A stretch of 63,672 bases of DNA, filler included, from Octopus bimaculoides (Eukaryota), in assembly GCF_001194135.2 (NCBI RefSeq). It is 4 parts of 3 records of this genome, joined end to end, with 100 filler letters (N's around TTAATTAATTAA, not from the genome) between each part and the next. Parts side by side here need not be neighbours in the genome. Positions count along the whole stretch, not along the records: positions 1 to 18,186 come from NC_069005.1; 3 more parts are not named here. The stretch is one strand, 5' to 3'. Of the stretch, positions 1 to 12,110 are shown piece after piece (the stretch's first letter is position 1; each line of letters starts with the position of its first letter). A model generated the notes under the pieces. It made no database searches, was not told where the DNA came from, and was given only the letters and a program-made list of their open reading frames with translations. Position numbers and translations under genes: made by a program.

Positions 1-724
1 GGAGAAGATCTGTGCTTTCATTGCTTTGATTGTTCTTTGGTTTCAGGCTGGTAGTGATGGACCCAACTTTCGTCCATAGTAATGAAACGACCAAGAAAAT
101 TCTTTTCATCAGCTTCAAACAGTTCCAGATTGCCCGTGGACAAAGTGCAACTGGTGCATTTCTGTTTAGGAATCAAAAGGCGAGGGACCCACCTTGCAGA
201 AACCTTTAAGAACCCAAGTTCTTTTGTCACAATGTTGTCTGCTCTTTCAGTTGAGATGCCCAGTCTCTCGGCTATCTGATGACATAATATTCGATGATCT
301 TTCATTATCATACCAAGAGCAAGGTCAATGTTGTCCTCAGTGGTTGCAGTTGGAAGTATCCTTGGTGTGGGATCATCTTCCACACTCTCCCTGCCACGCT
401 AGAATTCATTTACCCAGCGTTTGACTGTTGTATATGAAAGAGCATTGTCTGTTAAGGTTCTCACCATATCTTCATGGATTTGTGATGGAGTCATGCCTTT
501 CAAATGAAGGTACTTTATGACAACATGATACTCAGTTTTCTCCATTTTCCTTGTAACCTTGACACTTGTTTTTTCAAAAATCTACAACAAAAAAAAAATT
601 AAAATATCACAATCATAAAAATGAGCAAGAATACTCCGAAAAGTCTGTACTTACCAGAAAAACTTCTTTCAGCTACCTAGCAGCCCTGTTTCTAGGTTAG
701 ACTCAAAACTTTTCATACATCCCT

Positions 725-730
<6 letters not shown>
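1..730 (-). mobile_element. Mariner transposon 5' part with pseudogenised transposase and left TIR
   Basis: ATG at 545 reads MEKTEYHVVIKYLHLKGMTPSQIHEDM..., in-frame TAG at 401-399, then WVPRLL and TMDESWVHHYQPETKEQSKQ mariner motifs (ORF 18-383). TIR-like CAAGGGATGTATGAAAAGTT at about 728-705 abuts a (TA)n tract. Confidence 0.92.

Positions 731-768
<38 letters not shown>
730..768. repeat. (TA)n microsatellite
   Basis: Direct reading; lies at the mariner end. Confidence 0.95.
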
Positions 769-771
<3 letters not shown>

Positions 772-1704
772 CCGGTAAAAATAAAATTCCAGTCAACTGA
801 CATTTCTAACAGAGAGTCAAGGTTTCAAATTTTAATAGATGGAGAGCGGTGTAGTCATTTATATGCTCTCCACCGTACATGATTAATGTCGGCGGAGTTC
901 GAACTCAAGATGTTGAGACACGTTGATGGATACTGATTTGTTACATAGGAACGATACCTCGAATTGTAAGACTGCGTACTGGGGCCGATCTACTCGACTG
1001 GTCCCCTCCCCCCAAATTTCGGGCTCTGTGCTTAAAGTAGAAAAAATATGAAATAAATGGCGTTCGTTAAGTGAAATGTACGAAACATCAATTTGACTTC
1101 ACTTTTAAATTTATTGTTATTCAGTCTGTCAGGATTATAACATAACTATCTGATAAACATACCTTAGATTAGTGAAATGCTCCTTTTATATCGATTAAAC
1201 TCTAGGATTTGACCCTTTCTTTGATTGATTTTATCGACCGAAAGAGGAAGAAAAGCAAAATCAGCCTTGGTAGGGTTCGAACTCGGAATGTTAATGTACG
1301 TAGGTAAAGACCGATTTTTACGTAGGTAAAAGGCTGATTTAGCACGAAATCTAAAATTTGATAGAAAGGAATAGTTCATTGTATCGTCAATTTCAAGGTC
1401 TTTCCTTCATTCGTACATTATTTAATTGACGCCCCCCCCCCAAAAAAAAAATGAAAAGCAAAATTGACCTCGCCGAAATTCGAACTCAGAATATACAGAA
1501 ATATATTGCATGACATTTTACCCGCGTCTCTAACGAATCAGCTATACTATTGTCCTTGCATTGTCAATATATCAAGCAGATAATGCGAATGAGAGGCATA
1601 AATTGTCCCGACCAGCTAATCAACCGACCAACATGACGATTTTAATGAATTAAACTATACATAGGTGCAGTTTGCTTCCTAACCACGAATTGACTCCATG
1701 ACTT

Positions 1705-2045
1705 ATTTTTGTATGCCTGCTACTTATTTTATCGGTATCTTTTGCTGGACTACTAAGTTACATGGACGTAAACAAACCAACACGAGTTGTCAAGTGATTG
1801 TGTAGGATTAACACAAAGATTCACACACACATATTTACAGTCAGACAGACGGTAAACAGACAGACAGAAGACAGGTAGACAAACAGACAGACAGGCAGAC
1901 AGATAGATACGACAGGCTCCTTTCAGGTTCTGTCTACCAAATCAATTCACAAGGATATAATAGAAGACATTTGCCCAACGTGCCAATCAGTGGAACTGAA
2001 CCCGAAACCATGTCGTTGGAAAGCAAATTCCGTGCCATACCGACA
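1705..2045 (-). mobile_element. SINE family B, degenerate copy
   Basis: Matches the reverse complement of the family seen at 30400-30795 (accaaatc..cacaagg, tagaagacatttgcccaa, actgaacccgaaacc). Confidence 0.7.
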
Positions 2046-2129
2046 CATCTGCACCTATTGGTAGTCTGTGAACGTATGTATGTTATCTCTCTCTCTCTCC
2101 CTCCTCTCTCTCTCTCTCTGTTTTGTTAT

Positions 2130-2279
2130 GCATTTATGTGTGCACATGAGTGCATATGAGTATACATGTGTGTGTGTGTGCATTTATATATTTGTCTACG
2201 AATGAATGTGTGTATGCATGTGTCTGTGTGTCTGTGTTTGTCTATACTATCTCTAAATGGAAATGGTACATATTTGTGT

Positions 2280-2322
<43 letters not shown>

Positions 2323-2690
2323 CGTGCGTCTGTGTGCAAATATGAGTGTACTTGTTTGTATGTGCGTATATGTATATGTATGTAAGTATCAGTGATTGTA
2401 TATCTGTGTGTGTATGTGTACCAGTGAATGCGTATTTGTATGTGTGTATGTGTGTATTATATGTGTGTGTGTATGTATATAGCAGTAATGCGTTTATGCG
2501 TGTGTATGGTATTCAATGTATGTGAGTGTGTCTGTGTGTGTATGTATGCATTTATGCCAGTGGATGTGTATGCCTCAATGTTTGCTTGCGTGTGTATGTG
2601 CGCGCAGGTGTGTGTGTGCACTTGTATGTACGCGAATGTGTGTGTCTATGTGTATGTGTGTGTGTGCGCGCGCGCGTGTGCGTGTGCTTA
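2130..2690. repeat. Cryptic (TG/TA)-rich low-complexity tract
   Basis: Imperfect alternating purine-pyrimidine repeat; source of C/V-rich spurious ORFs. Confidence 0.9.
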
Positions 2691-3499
2691 TGTGTCTCCA
2701 AGTCCTCAATGGAAAACTGCTATCTCCAAAAAGAAGTGACTGTGTATGATAACGTTTCAAGACATAATCACAGATGCCATTTATGGAATCAGTCAGCCGT
2801 TACTAAAACCAAAATATTTCTATTATCCGGTCTTCACAAAGAATTGTCTTTCGATAACAAGCTTCACCGAATTTAAAAATAGTGCCAATATTATCCATTG
2901 TTCAACTTTGATTCCTTACGTTCTGGGTTCAAATCACACAAAAATCAGCTTTGCCTTTCATTCTTTCGAGGGTCGATAAAATAATGTACCAGTCAAGCAC
3001 TGGAGTCGATAAAATAATGCTAAAAAGAAATCACGACTGTCGCCTCGGACATTCGGGAGCAATGGTCCGAGGGGATGGTCGTATGTCTTTGAAATATATT
3101 AAATGAGGATGATCTTGCGTAAGGGAGGTATTTCCTATTATATATTACGCAGTAATCCGAAACGTAGGTATGAAATGCTCTATATATACATATGGATATA
3201 CATACATATGTATGTGGCCAAACGCATCGTTGATATCGCGAGATGTTTCAGCAGCATTTCGGCCTAGCTTGAACGGGAATAAGAAAATTGTGCGAATTTA
3301 CTTTTTGACCATGTTGTATTCAACGTACCGGAAAAAAGAAAAAGAGTAACACGATTAGATAGATCGAAAAACGGGCTTTAAAATGATATATAAAGTCAAA
3401 GTAATTTAACGAAAATTAATTTGAAAATACATAATTTAAAACCAATTTTTTTAATTCCGCAAGAACTTTCTTGATAATCTAATAAATGAAACTACTTAT

Positions 3500-6141
3500 G
3501 GATATACTAGCGTTTGGAGAGGCCTACCTAAGTGCCAGCGTAGAGAATTTGGTGTTGGGTTTGCCCTCAAGAATACACTAGTATCCTCCATTGCAGAGCT
3601 TCCAAGTGGTATATCTGAATGGATCATGTCATGTCGTATTAAACTGACAAAAGGTAGGTTTCTTACCGTTGTCAGCATTTATGCACTAACAATGTTCCAT
3701 TCTGATGAAACTGTAGAACAGTTTTATGATGAACTAGCACAATTATTGAGGAAAGTACCAATTTCTGACAAGCTGGTCATATTGGGAGATTTCAATGCAA
3801 GAGTTGGAAAAGACTGTTTCGTAGCCTGGTTTAGGTCGACATGGGATTGGAAAATGTAATAAAAATGGAGTAGCTCTTTTGACGTTTTATGCTGAAAAAT
3901 AATCTGGTTGTCACCAACACTCTATTTACACAGAAAAATAAATATAAAACCTCCTGGATGCACCCAAGACCTACGCACTGACATCTCATAGATTATATTC
4001 TGATCAGAAAGCGTGATATGAAAGACGTTTCTAGAATTCGGGCCGTGAGAGGGGCAAAAAGCTGGACTGACCATCATCTAGTGCGTGGAAAAATAGATTT
4101 TCGATAATGCCTAAAACTTTACAGTCTTGTTCTAAGGTACCCAAAAAATTAAATGCTGTAAACTTTAAATTATCAAGCAACTTGATAAGCTGAACAACAA
4201 TAAGTCTCCAGGGTCTGATGGAATCTGTGCTGAAGTCTTGGAATATGGGGCTGACAGAATGTTTGAACTCTTAAATATATTAATTTGTCGCTTTTGGAGA
4301 ACCGAAAAGTGCCTCAAGACTGGATTGATGCCATTTTAGTCTCCTTGTATAAATCGGGGCCAAAGGATCTGTGTGGTAATTTTTGTGGGATTTCGTTTTT
4401 GTCTGTGATTAGAAAGGTACTTACCCGCATTTTGTTAGAACGTTTAAATACCTTCATAGGTGTCTGAGTCTCAGTGTGGTTTTCGTTCCTCCAGGGGCAC
4501 AGCTGCTTGTATCTTTACTATAAGGTAATTTCAAGAAAAGTGAATTGAACAGAATCTTGCCCTATACCATTGCTTCGTTGATCTGAGCAAAGCATTCGAT
4601 GCTATTGATCGAAATGCTCTGTGGCTAATTCTAAGGAAAATAGGTTTCCCAGAAAAAATTGTAAATATGATATTGGCTTTGCATCAAGATATGAAAGCTA
4701 GAGTTAACTTTGGTGGTAGGCTCTCTGAATCTTTTGCCGTGGAAAATGGAGTAAAGCAAGAAGACCTTGATAAACCTATCCTCTTTGCAATATATTTTGC
4801 TGTTGGGTTGTCACACGCTTTTCAAAACTCTGGGGTGGTTATTTACATAACATATTGAACAACAGGGAATGTTTTTAATCTGACCAAACTGAAATTCAAA
4901 ACGAAGGTTTTTACTTCACTCATCAGGAAACTTTTATACGCTGACGATTGCGATCTTGTCAGTCGTTCTAAAACAGGTCTGCAATCTCTTGTATCTGCAT
5001 TTGACTCGGTTTGTGATGATTTTGGCTTGACCACCGACTTGAAGAAAACAGTTGTAAAGCATCAACCTGCGTGTGGTGTTGTTTGTAACCCCCTAACATT
5101 TTTGTTAAGAGTAAGTTACTTGAGGTTGTCGGTTCGTTCATCTACATTGCAAGCTCTATACAAAATGATGGAAATCTTCATACAGAAGTACAGCTGTGAA
5201 TTCAAAGGGCAGCAAAAGCATTTGGTGGCTTGGAGTCATGTGTTTGGTGCCAGTGACATATAAATAACAATACAAAGCTGGCTCTTTACAAATCATTTGT
5301 CATACCATTCCTGTTGTATTCATGTGAAACTTGGACTTGTTATAAAAGGCATTTTAAATTGTTAGAACAATTCCACCAAAAATGCCTTCATTGCATTTAA
5401 AAAATTAAACGGAGTTCTTTTACTCCAAACACAGATGTCCTTGCATCTGCAGGCATCACTTCAATTAAAGCTATGATTTGGAGGAACCAAATGAGATGGT
5501 GTGGTCATATTATTCGAATGGCGGATGAACGCATGCCGAAACAGCTGTTTCACGGTGAGCTTTCCGAGGGGAAACGTTATCGGCGTAAACCTAAAAAAAG
5601 GTTTAAGGACGGCATAATAACTACTATGATGTCACTTGGAATGGATCCAGAAGACATAGAAACCCTTGCTTCGGATCGAGTTGGATGGCGAACAAAAGTG
5701 TGGAGTGGAGTGAAAGCATTTGAAGAGGTCAGGACAACGCATGTTAGACTCAAAAGAGAACTATGGAAGAATGTCACGATCGAGAAGGTGAATGACAATG
5801 ACCATTTTGTGTGCACAGTTTGTGACAGACCATGCCTGTCTTTTGCTGGGCTCAAATCTCATTTGCGAACCTATGGAAAACGAACCTCCACCAACTATTC
5901 TGCCTTTGAATGCAGCGTATGCCAGAAGGTTTGCAAATCTAACGGAGGCCTCAAAGACATTTTAAGATCCACAAAGATCAAAACTTATCTGCAGCTCTTG
6001 GTGGTCCGAATCGGATGCGCAATCTATGTGGGTGTCTTTTCAGAACATTGTCTGGTTTAAAAAGCACATCAGATGCCATGATGGTGCTAAGGTGCAGGTT
6101 CAAGGGGTGGTCAAACTCTGCATAAAGAGTAGACAACCACC
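3500..6141 (+). mobile_element. RTE-clade LINE remnant: AP endonuclease, RT, C-terminal C2H2 fingers
   Basis: GVGFALKN, VSIYA and LGDFNARVG (endonuclease); KSPGSDGI, FVDLSKAFD and YADD at 4937-4948 (RT); MRWCGHIIRMADERMPKQLFHGEL (RTE C-terminus). Many stops and frameshifts. Followed by (TATG)n at 6142-6207. Confidence 0.93.
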
Positions 6142-6288
6142 ATGTATGTATGTATGTATGTATGTATGTATGTATGTATGTATCTGTTTATGTACGTATG
6201 TATGTATGGGTTGATGGATGAATACATGCATGTATGTAGAAAGTAGGTTTGCATGCAGGCAGGCAGGTAAGTATTATATATATGCAAG

Positions 6289-6367
6289 AAGAGTAGTGAC
6301 AGCTGTTTCGAAATTTCAGCCTGGAGGTCTTCATTAGTCCGACTTCGATGCCACTGTCACTACTCTT
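6289..6367 (-). other. 14-bp inverted repeat enclosing a degenerate hammerhead-like core
   Basis: AAGAGTAGTGACAG (6289-6302) and CTGTCACTACTCTT (6354-6367); the minus strand has CTAATGA...GAAAC-AGCT-GTC. Confidence 0.4.
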
Positions 6368-6579
6368 TTTGTAAAAGTATATGTACTCCAGAAAAAGTAG
6401 TGAGTAATCCCTCAGTTTAATGTAAAATTGTTTATGTTATACGTTAATACATTTGTTTTGCAAGATTCCTGATGTTAAATAGATACTGTTGTACTTGGGG
6501 ATTGTCTTTTTACACGTTTAATGACCTCGTCAGTGATTCTCTCTCCCTCATACACAGACACGCACACGCACACGCATAC

Positions 6580-6710
6580 GTGTTCTTTTAGTTTCCGTCT
6601 ACCAAATTCACTCACAAGGCCGGCCGAAGGTTATAGTAGAAGACACCTGCTGAAGGTGCCACGCAGTGGGACTGAACCTTGAACTATGTGTTTGGGAAGC
6701 AAACTTCTTG
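6580..6710 (-). mobile_element. SINE family B head fragment
   Basis: gtttccgtctaccaaattcactcacaagg...gtgccacgcagtgggactgaacc. Confidence 0.8.
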
Positions 6711-6917
6711 AATTCTAAGCTGGAAATCCATGCTGAGCATGTTGGAGGTAAGCTCTGGTTGAAATTTTTTAGTGTCTGGTGAGGATGCAAATATAGAGTG
6801 ACACACACGCAGACGCGCGCGCACACACACACACACATACACATATTATATAACATATTACACAGTACATTTTCAGCAACATCTAGGTATTTGTAGCAAT
6901 TGTTGCTTAGCACACTG

Positions 6918-6919
<2 letters not shown>

Positions 6920-6982
<63 letters not shown>
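6920..6982. repeat. (GATA)n microsatellite
   Basis: Direct reading. Confidence 0.95.
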
Positions 6983-6983
<1 letters not shown>

Positions 6984-7139
6984 TGGAGGGAGGGAATGAG
7001 AAAGAGAGAGAGAGAGAGCATTAATATAAGATTTTTTTTCCTTTGGTAATTGGATATTCCCCTGTTCAACTATTAGGTGTGAATATTTCCTCTGACCAAA
7101 ATTCCATCTTTATATTGGCTAAAAATGCAATCTAATTAG

Positions 7140-7164
7140 ATCCAGTTGATTCTCATCTTCGCAG
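7140..7164 (+). CDS. Candidate micro-exon of DH-domain gene (DPVDSHLR)
   Basis: Donor CAG|GTATTT; phase-2 end joins the next exon (AG+A = Arg). Acceptor is weak; an alternative AG at 7144-7145 gives the same phase. Confidence 0.35.
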
Positions 7165-7257
7165 GTATTTCTAGAGTAAAACAGGAGTAAAATGAGACTT
7201 TACTGTCTCTTCTTATTTGCCACAATACTTAACCAGCAAATATTTTTCTTCTTATAG

Positions 7258-7293
7258 AATGGACGGTGGATATATGGCCAACATTGATAAAGT
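7258..7293 (+). CDS. Exon of DH (RhoGEF-like) domain gene (MDGGYMANIDKV)
   Basis: Strong acceptor tttttcttcttatag|, donor |GTAAGC. The phase-2 end (GT+A = Val) joins exon 25029 and gives the DH helix-1 pattern E..Y...L..L...Y. Confidence 0.55.
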
Positions 7294-7349
7294 GTAAGCA
7301 TTCTCCTACAATTGGTTTATGACCGCACATATACTACATGGTGTAGTCA

Positions 7350-7585
7350 CTATTGTGAAGGTGAGTCGCTTTGTGGATAGGGTGTTGCATTCAGGGTCGC
7401 AAGATTTTGGATTCGATTCCCAGACTGCGCGGTGCGTTGTGTTCATGAGCAAAACACTTCTTTTCACGATGCTTCATTCCATTCAGCTGTTAATGAGTTA
7501 TCTTAAGGTGGACTGGCGTCCTATTCATGGGGGATGTTGTGATCTTGGTTGCTTATGCGCGGGAAAAACTGGGTAAGCGGCCCTC
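7350..7585 (+). mobile_element. Old tRNA-derived SINE (family D), degenerate
   Basis: B-box-like ggattcgattccc, then gagcaaaacactt and ggactggcgtcc; related copy at 37270-37510. Confidence 0.55.
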
Positions 7586-8399
7586 TGACTGGAGATAGTA
7601 CTTTTTCTTTTGCTTATGTGATCACTATACTTCCTGTTACACAGAGAAGAGGGTGGATGAGCGACCAGGTCCATTCAAATCTCTCAAAGGTAGAAAATCA
7701 TTTTTGACAAGAACAATGATTTCCACAAACGTAAGTGGAAAATAGACCCGAATACTTTTTAGTAATCAAGCCACTCTATCAAAATTTTTTACTGTGTATG
7801 TTATTTGTATAGGGCAAGGAGCGAAAACGGAAGGCAACGCAAGAGAGGAAAGTTTTTAGCAAAAGTTGTATAAGTTTTAGCTAAAAAGAGAGAAAAAGAG
7901 TTTCGACGTTTTGTGTGATAAGCCTTTATCAGAAGAAAAGAAAGACTGAGAAAAATACAGGAGGAAAAGTGATAGGAAAGAAAGAAAGAAAGAGGACTTT
8001 AGGGAATGCAATTCTATGGAGAAGAGTTAGGAAAATCGGAGGAGGTGAAGTGTACATGTACAGGAGGGCATCTGTATATATAGATGGTCATGGGGAGACA
8101 TGAGTATGTGTGGTGGTCTGAGGTGCGTGTGGATTCTTGTGGAAGGTGTAGATATGTGGAGAAGTGAAAGTGTGCCTTTTAAGGTTGCCTTTAACGGCTT
8201 TATTAATTAAAAGTTATTCCGCATACATTTTCTCACCCGTCTCCTCATCTTTCATTATCGTGTTGGACCTTCAATGATCTTTAAGAAAATGATTTAAACA
8301 GTTTGTGTAAAAGTTTATAAATAACGTTTAAACAAGCAAAATACTTTCTCATCTGCTGCCAAGTCAGCGCATTATGTTTGTATTTTTTTTTTTTGTTCT

Positions 8400-8580
8400 T
8401 CTTGGCTACATTTTGCCTTGTCCGTGCTACGGCAAGCAGTTTGCTATATTAGTGTTTCAAATGAATGATGCTTTGTTGAACGTCAGCCTCTTGTACCAGC
8501 TTCCAATTATGATGTCTCTTCCTGTTGACTTTCCATTATTCAGTTTCTCTGCCACATAAACAAATGTCTTCCAGTCGTTA
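8400..8580 (-). mobile_element. Possible degenerate non-LTR RT N-terminal fragment
   Basis: Reverse translation EKLNNGKSTGRDIIIGSWYKRL resembles the K..N.K.PG.D.I..FW motif of Dong/R4 RTs. Confidence 0.35.
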
Positions 8581-8684
8581 ACGTACGTATTGCTTTTCCT
8601 TTATTCGGTCATGTTGCATTTTTGCTGAAAACTTTCTTTTCGTTCCAGATCTTTTGTATGTACGTTTTACTTTTATCTTTAATC

Positions 8685-9445
8685 CTTTACTTGTTTCAAC
8701 TGATGGGCGGTGGCCATGTTGGGGCACATCCTTGAAGGGTTTAATCGAGCGAATTGATGCCAGTGTTTGTTTTTTAATGTCTGGCACTTATTCTGTCGAT
8801 CGCTTTTGCTGAATTGCCATCTTACGTGGACGTAAACAAATCAACACCAGTTGACAAGCGGTGTGGAGAAACAAACACAGCTACGAAGGCGCACACACAT
8901 ATATATATTACTAGATTCCATACAATTTCCGTCACCCGAATTCACCCAGAAGGCATTGGTCGGCTCAGTGATATAATAGAAGATACTTGACCAAGATGCC
9001 ACGCAGAAGGAATGAACCCGAAATCATGTGATTGCAAAATGACAAAATGCTTGGCAACATTTCTTTACAGCGTAGGAAGTCGATTAAATCGACCCCAGTG
9101 TTCAACTGGTACTTCTTTTATCGGTCCCGAAATGATGAAAGCAGAATTTGAACTCATAACAAATGTCGCAACGCATTCTTGTAGCAACATTTTAACGATT
9201 CTACCAGCTCATTTCATTACGGTAAAGAATAATTAACCTTTCCACTATAAGCACAAGGCCTGCAATTTTGTGAAGGAGCTAGTCGATTATATCGAATCCT
9301 AAAGTTCAACTGGTATTTATTTTATCGACTTCGAAAGGATGGCCGGCAAAGTTGAACTTGACGAAATTTGATCTCAGAGCGTGAAGACGGACGAAATGCG
9401 ACGAAGCAATTTGTATGGCCTCCTAGCGAGTCTGCCAGTTCACCA
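8685..9445 (-). mobile_element. Cluster of one old SINE-B (8685-9040) and two SINE-A copies (9050-9445)
   Basis: Recognisable blocks ggccatgttggggcac, aagatgccacgcag, gtcgattatatcga, gaaatttgatctcagagcgt. Confidence 0.7.
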
Positions 9446-9447
9446 CT

Positions 9448-10302
<855 letters not shown>

Positions 10303-10939
10303 AAGAAGAANNNNNNNNNNNNNNNNNNNNNNNNNNNNNNNNNNNNNNNNNNNNNNNNNNNNNNNNNNNNNNNNNNNNNNNNNNNNNNNNNNNNNNNNNN
10401 NNNNNNNNNNNNNNNNNNNNNNNNNNNNNNNNNNNNNNNNNNNNNNNNNNNNNNNNNNNNNNNNNNNNNNNNNNNNNNNNNNNNNNNNNNNNNNNNNNNN
10501 NNNNNNNNNNNNNNNNNNNNNNNNNNNNNNNNNNNNNNNNNNNNNNNNNNNNNNNNNNNNNNNNNNNNNNNNNNNNNNNNNNNNNNNNNNNTACGCATAC
10601 ACTCGAAAGTCTACACAATCATACATTTTGATACCCATAGGACTACAAATACATCTCAATGTTTACACAACTACGTGAAATTTACAGGACACACACACTC
10701 ACACATATGAAAGTACGCGTTACAAACAAAACAAAAACAAAACTTTTTTTATTTTTTTATTTTCATTTTTCGAACTAACACAGACAGAGTGAACCATTCA
10801 TAAGTTTAAAAACACCACAAAAAACTATACTCGGAGATAAATCTATCAACAAAAAAAAGGAAATACAGACGAATACAGATCTGTTGGCCTTAAGAAGCTA
10901 TGTTACGAGCAATGTTTACATGCAGAGAACTCGGTGACG

Positions 10940-12031
10940 GTGTTGTCTCATAAAATTGACCCTAAACAGAGAAATTTGTCCCCTAATGTCAACGTCAAAG
11001 CTCGTCATGCCTCAGAAACAAGCGCAGAAAAAGCTAAGCGCATGAAAACTCGCTTTAAAACTGCTGTCTTAGATATTCTGACTGATAAATGGCAAGAAAA
11101 CCCTCTCAATGGCAAATACCCAAAGAGAGCGAATAATACCGATGTTGAGAAAGCACTTACCCATCAATGGTTAATGGCTTCTGGCTTAAAATCTGAAACA
11201 GAAGTGTTTATCATAGCAGCCCAAGATCAATGCCTACCTACAAGGCCAACATATTAAAAAACGGCAGCTTCCCAACATGTCGTGTATGTCAACAACAAAA
11301 TGAAACCATTGATCATGTTATCTCCATGTGCAGTTTTCTTGCGCCTACATAGTATCTCAACAGGCATGATAGAGCTGCACTATATATTCACTGGTAATTT
11401 GCAAAAACCTGGACTTACCCCATGATAAAAACTGGTGGGAACACAAACCACCTCCAGTGCTTGAAAATGAGCACATCTCTCTCATCTGGAACTTCACCAT
11501 TCAAACTGACAGAAAGATAGATGCAAATAGGCTAGATATATTGAAAGACTTCAGACAAAATTCAAGCCTCCTCATTGATATGACTGTCCCAGTCGATATA
11601 AATGTATCTGTCAAGACCTACCGAAAACTGAGCAAATATAAAGATCTTGAAATAGAAAATAGCAAAATGTGGAACCTGAAGACTAAAACAATACCTGTTG
11701 CCATAGGTGCCCTGGGAATGATAGCAAAAGGGGCTGATTACTACCTGGCTCAGATACCAGGAAACCCTCAAATCGCAGAAATTAAAAAGATGGTGCTGAT
11801 GGGAACTGCCCATATCCAATGCAAAATACTGTCTATGTAATCTCAAATTTTAAAACAAACACTTAATTTTCTTATGCTTTCTTAAACATTCTCTAGAACA
11901 ACACTATGTACAAAACTAAATTTATGGTACCCTAGGCATAACACCTACATGAACTTCTAACTTGTCTCTTGAGGTCTCTGGGTGAGACTTGGAGCCAACT
12001 TGTACAAATGTAAAGCAAAAGTCAAACATAA
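10940..12031 (+). mobile_element. Dong/R4-type copy 2, 3' part
   Basis: ETEVFIIAAQDQCLPTR, CRVC..NETIDHV..C, RHD, WNFTIQTDRKIDANR, IPVAIGALG, LMGTAHI; 3' UTR then (TAA)n at 12032-12109. Confidence 0.92.
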
Positions 12032-12109
<78 letters not shown>

Positions 12110-12110
<1 letters not shown>

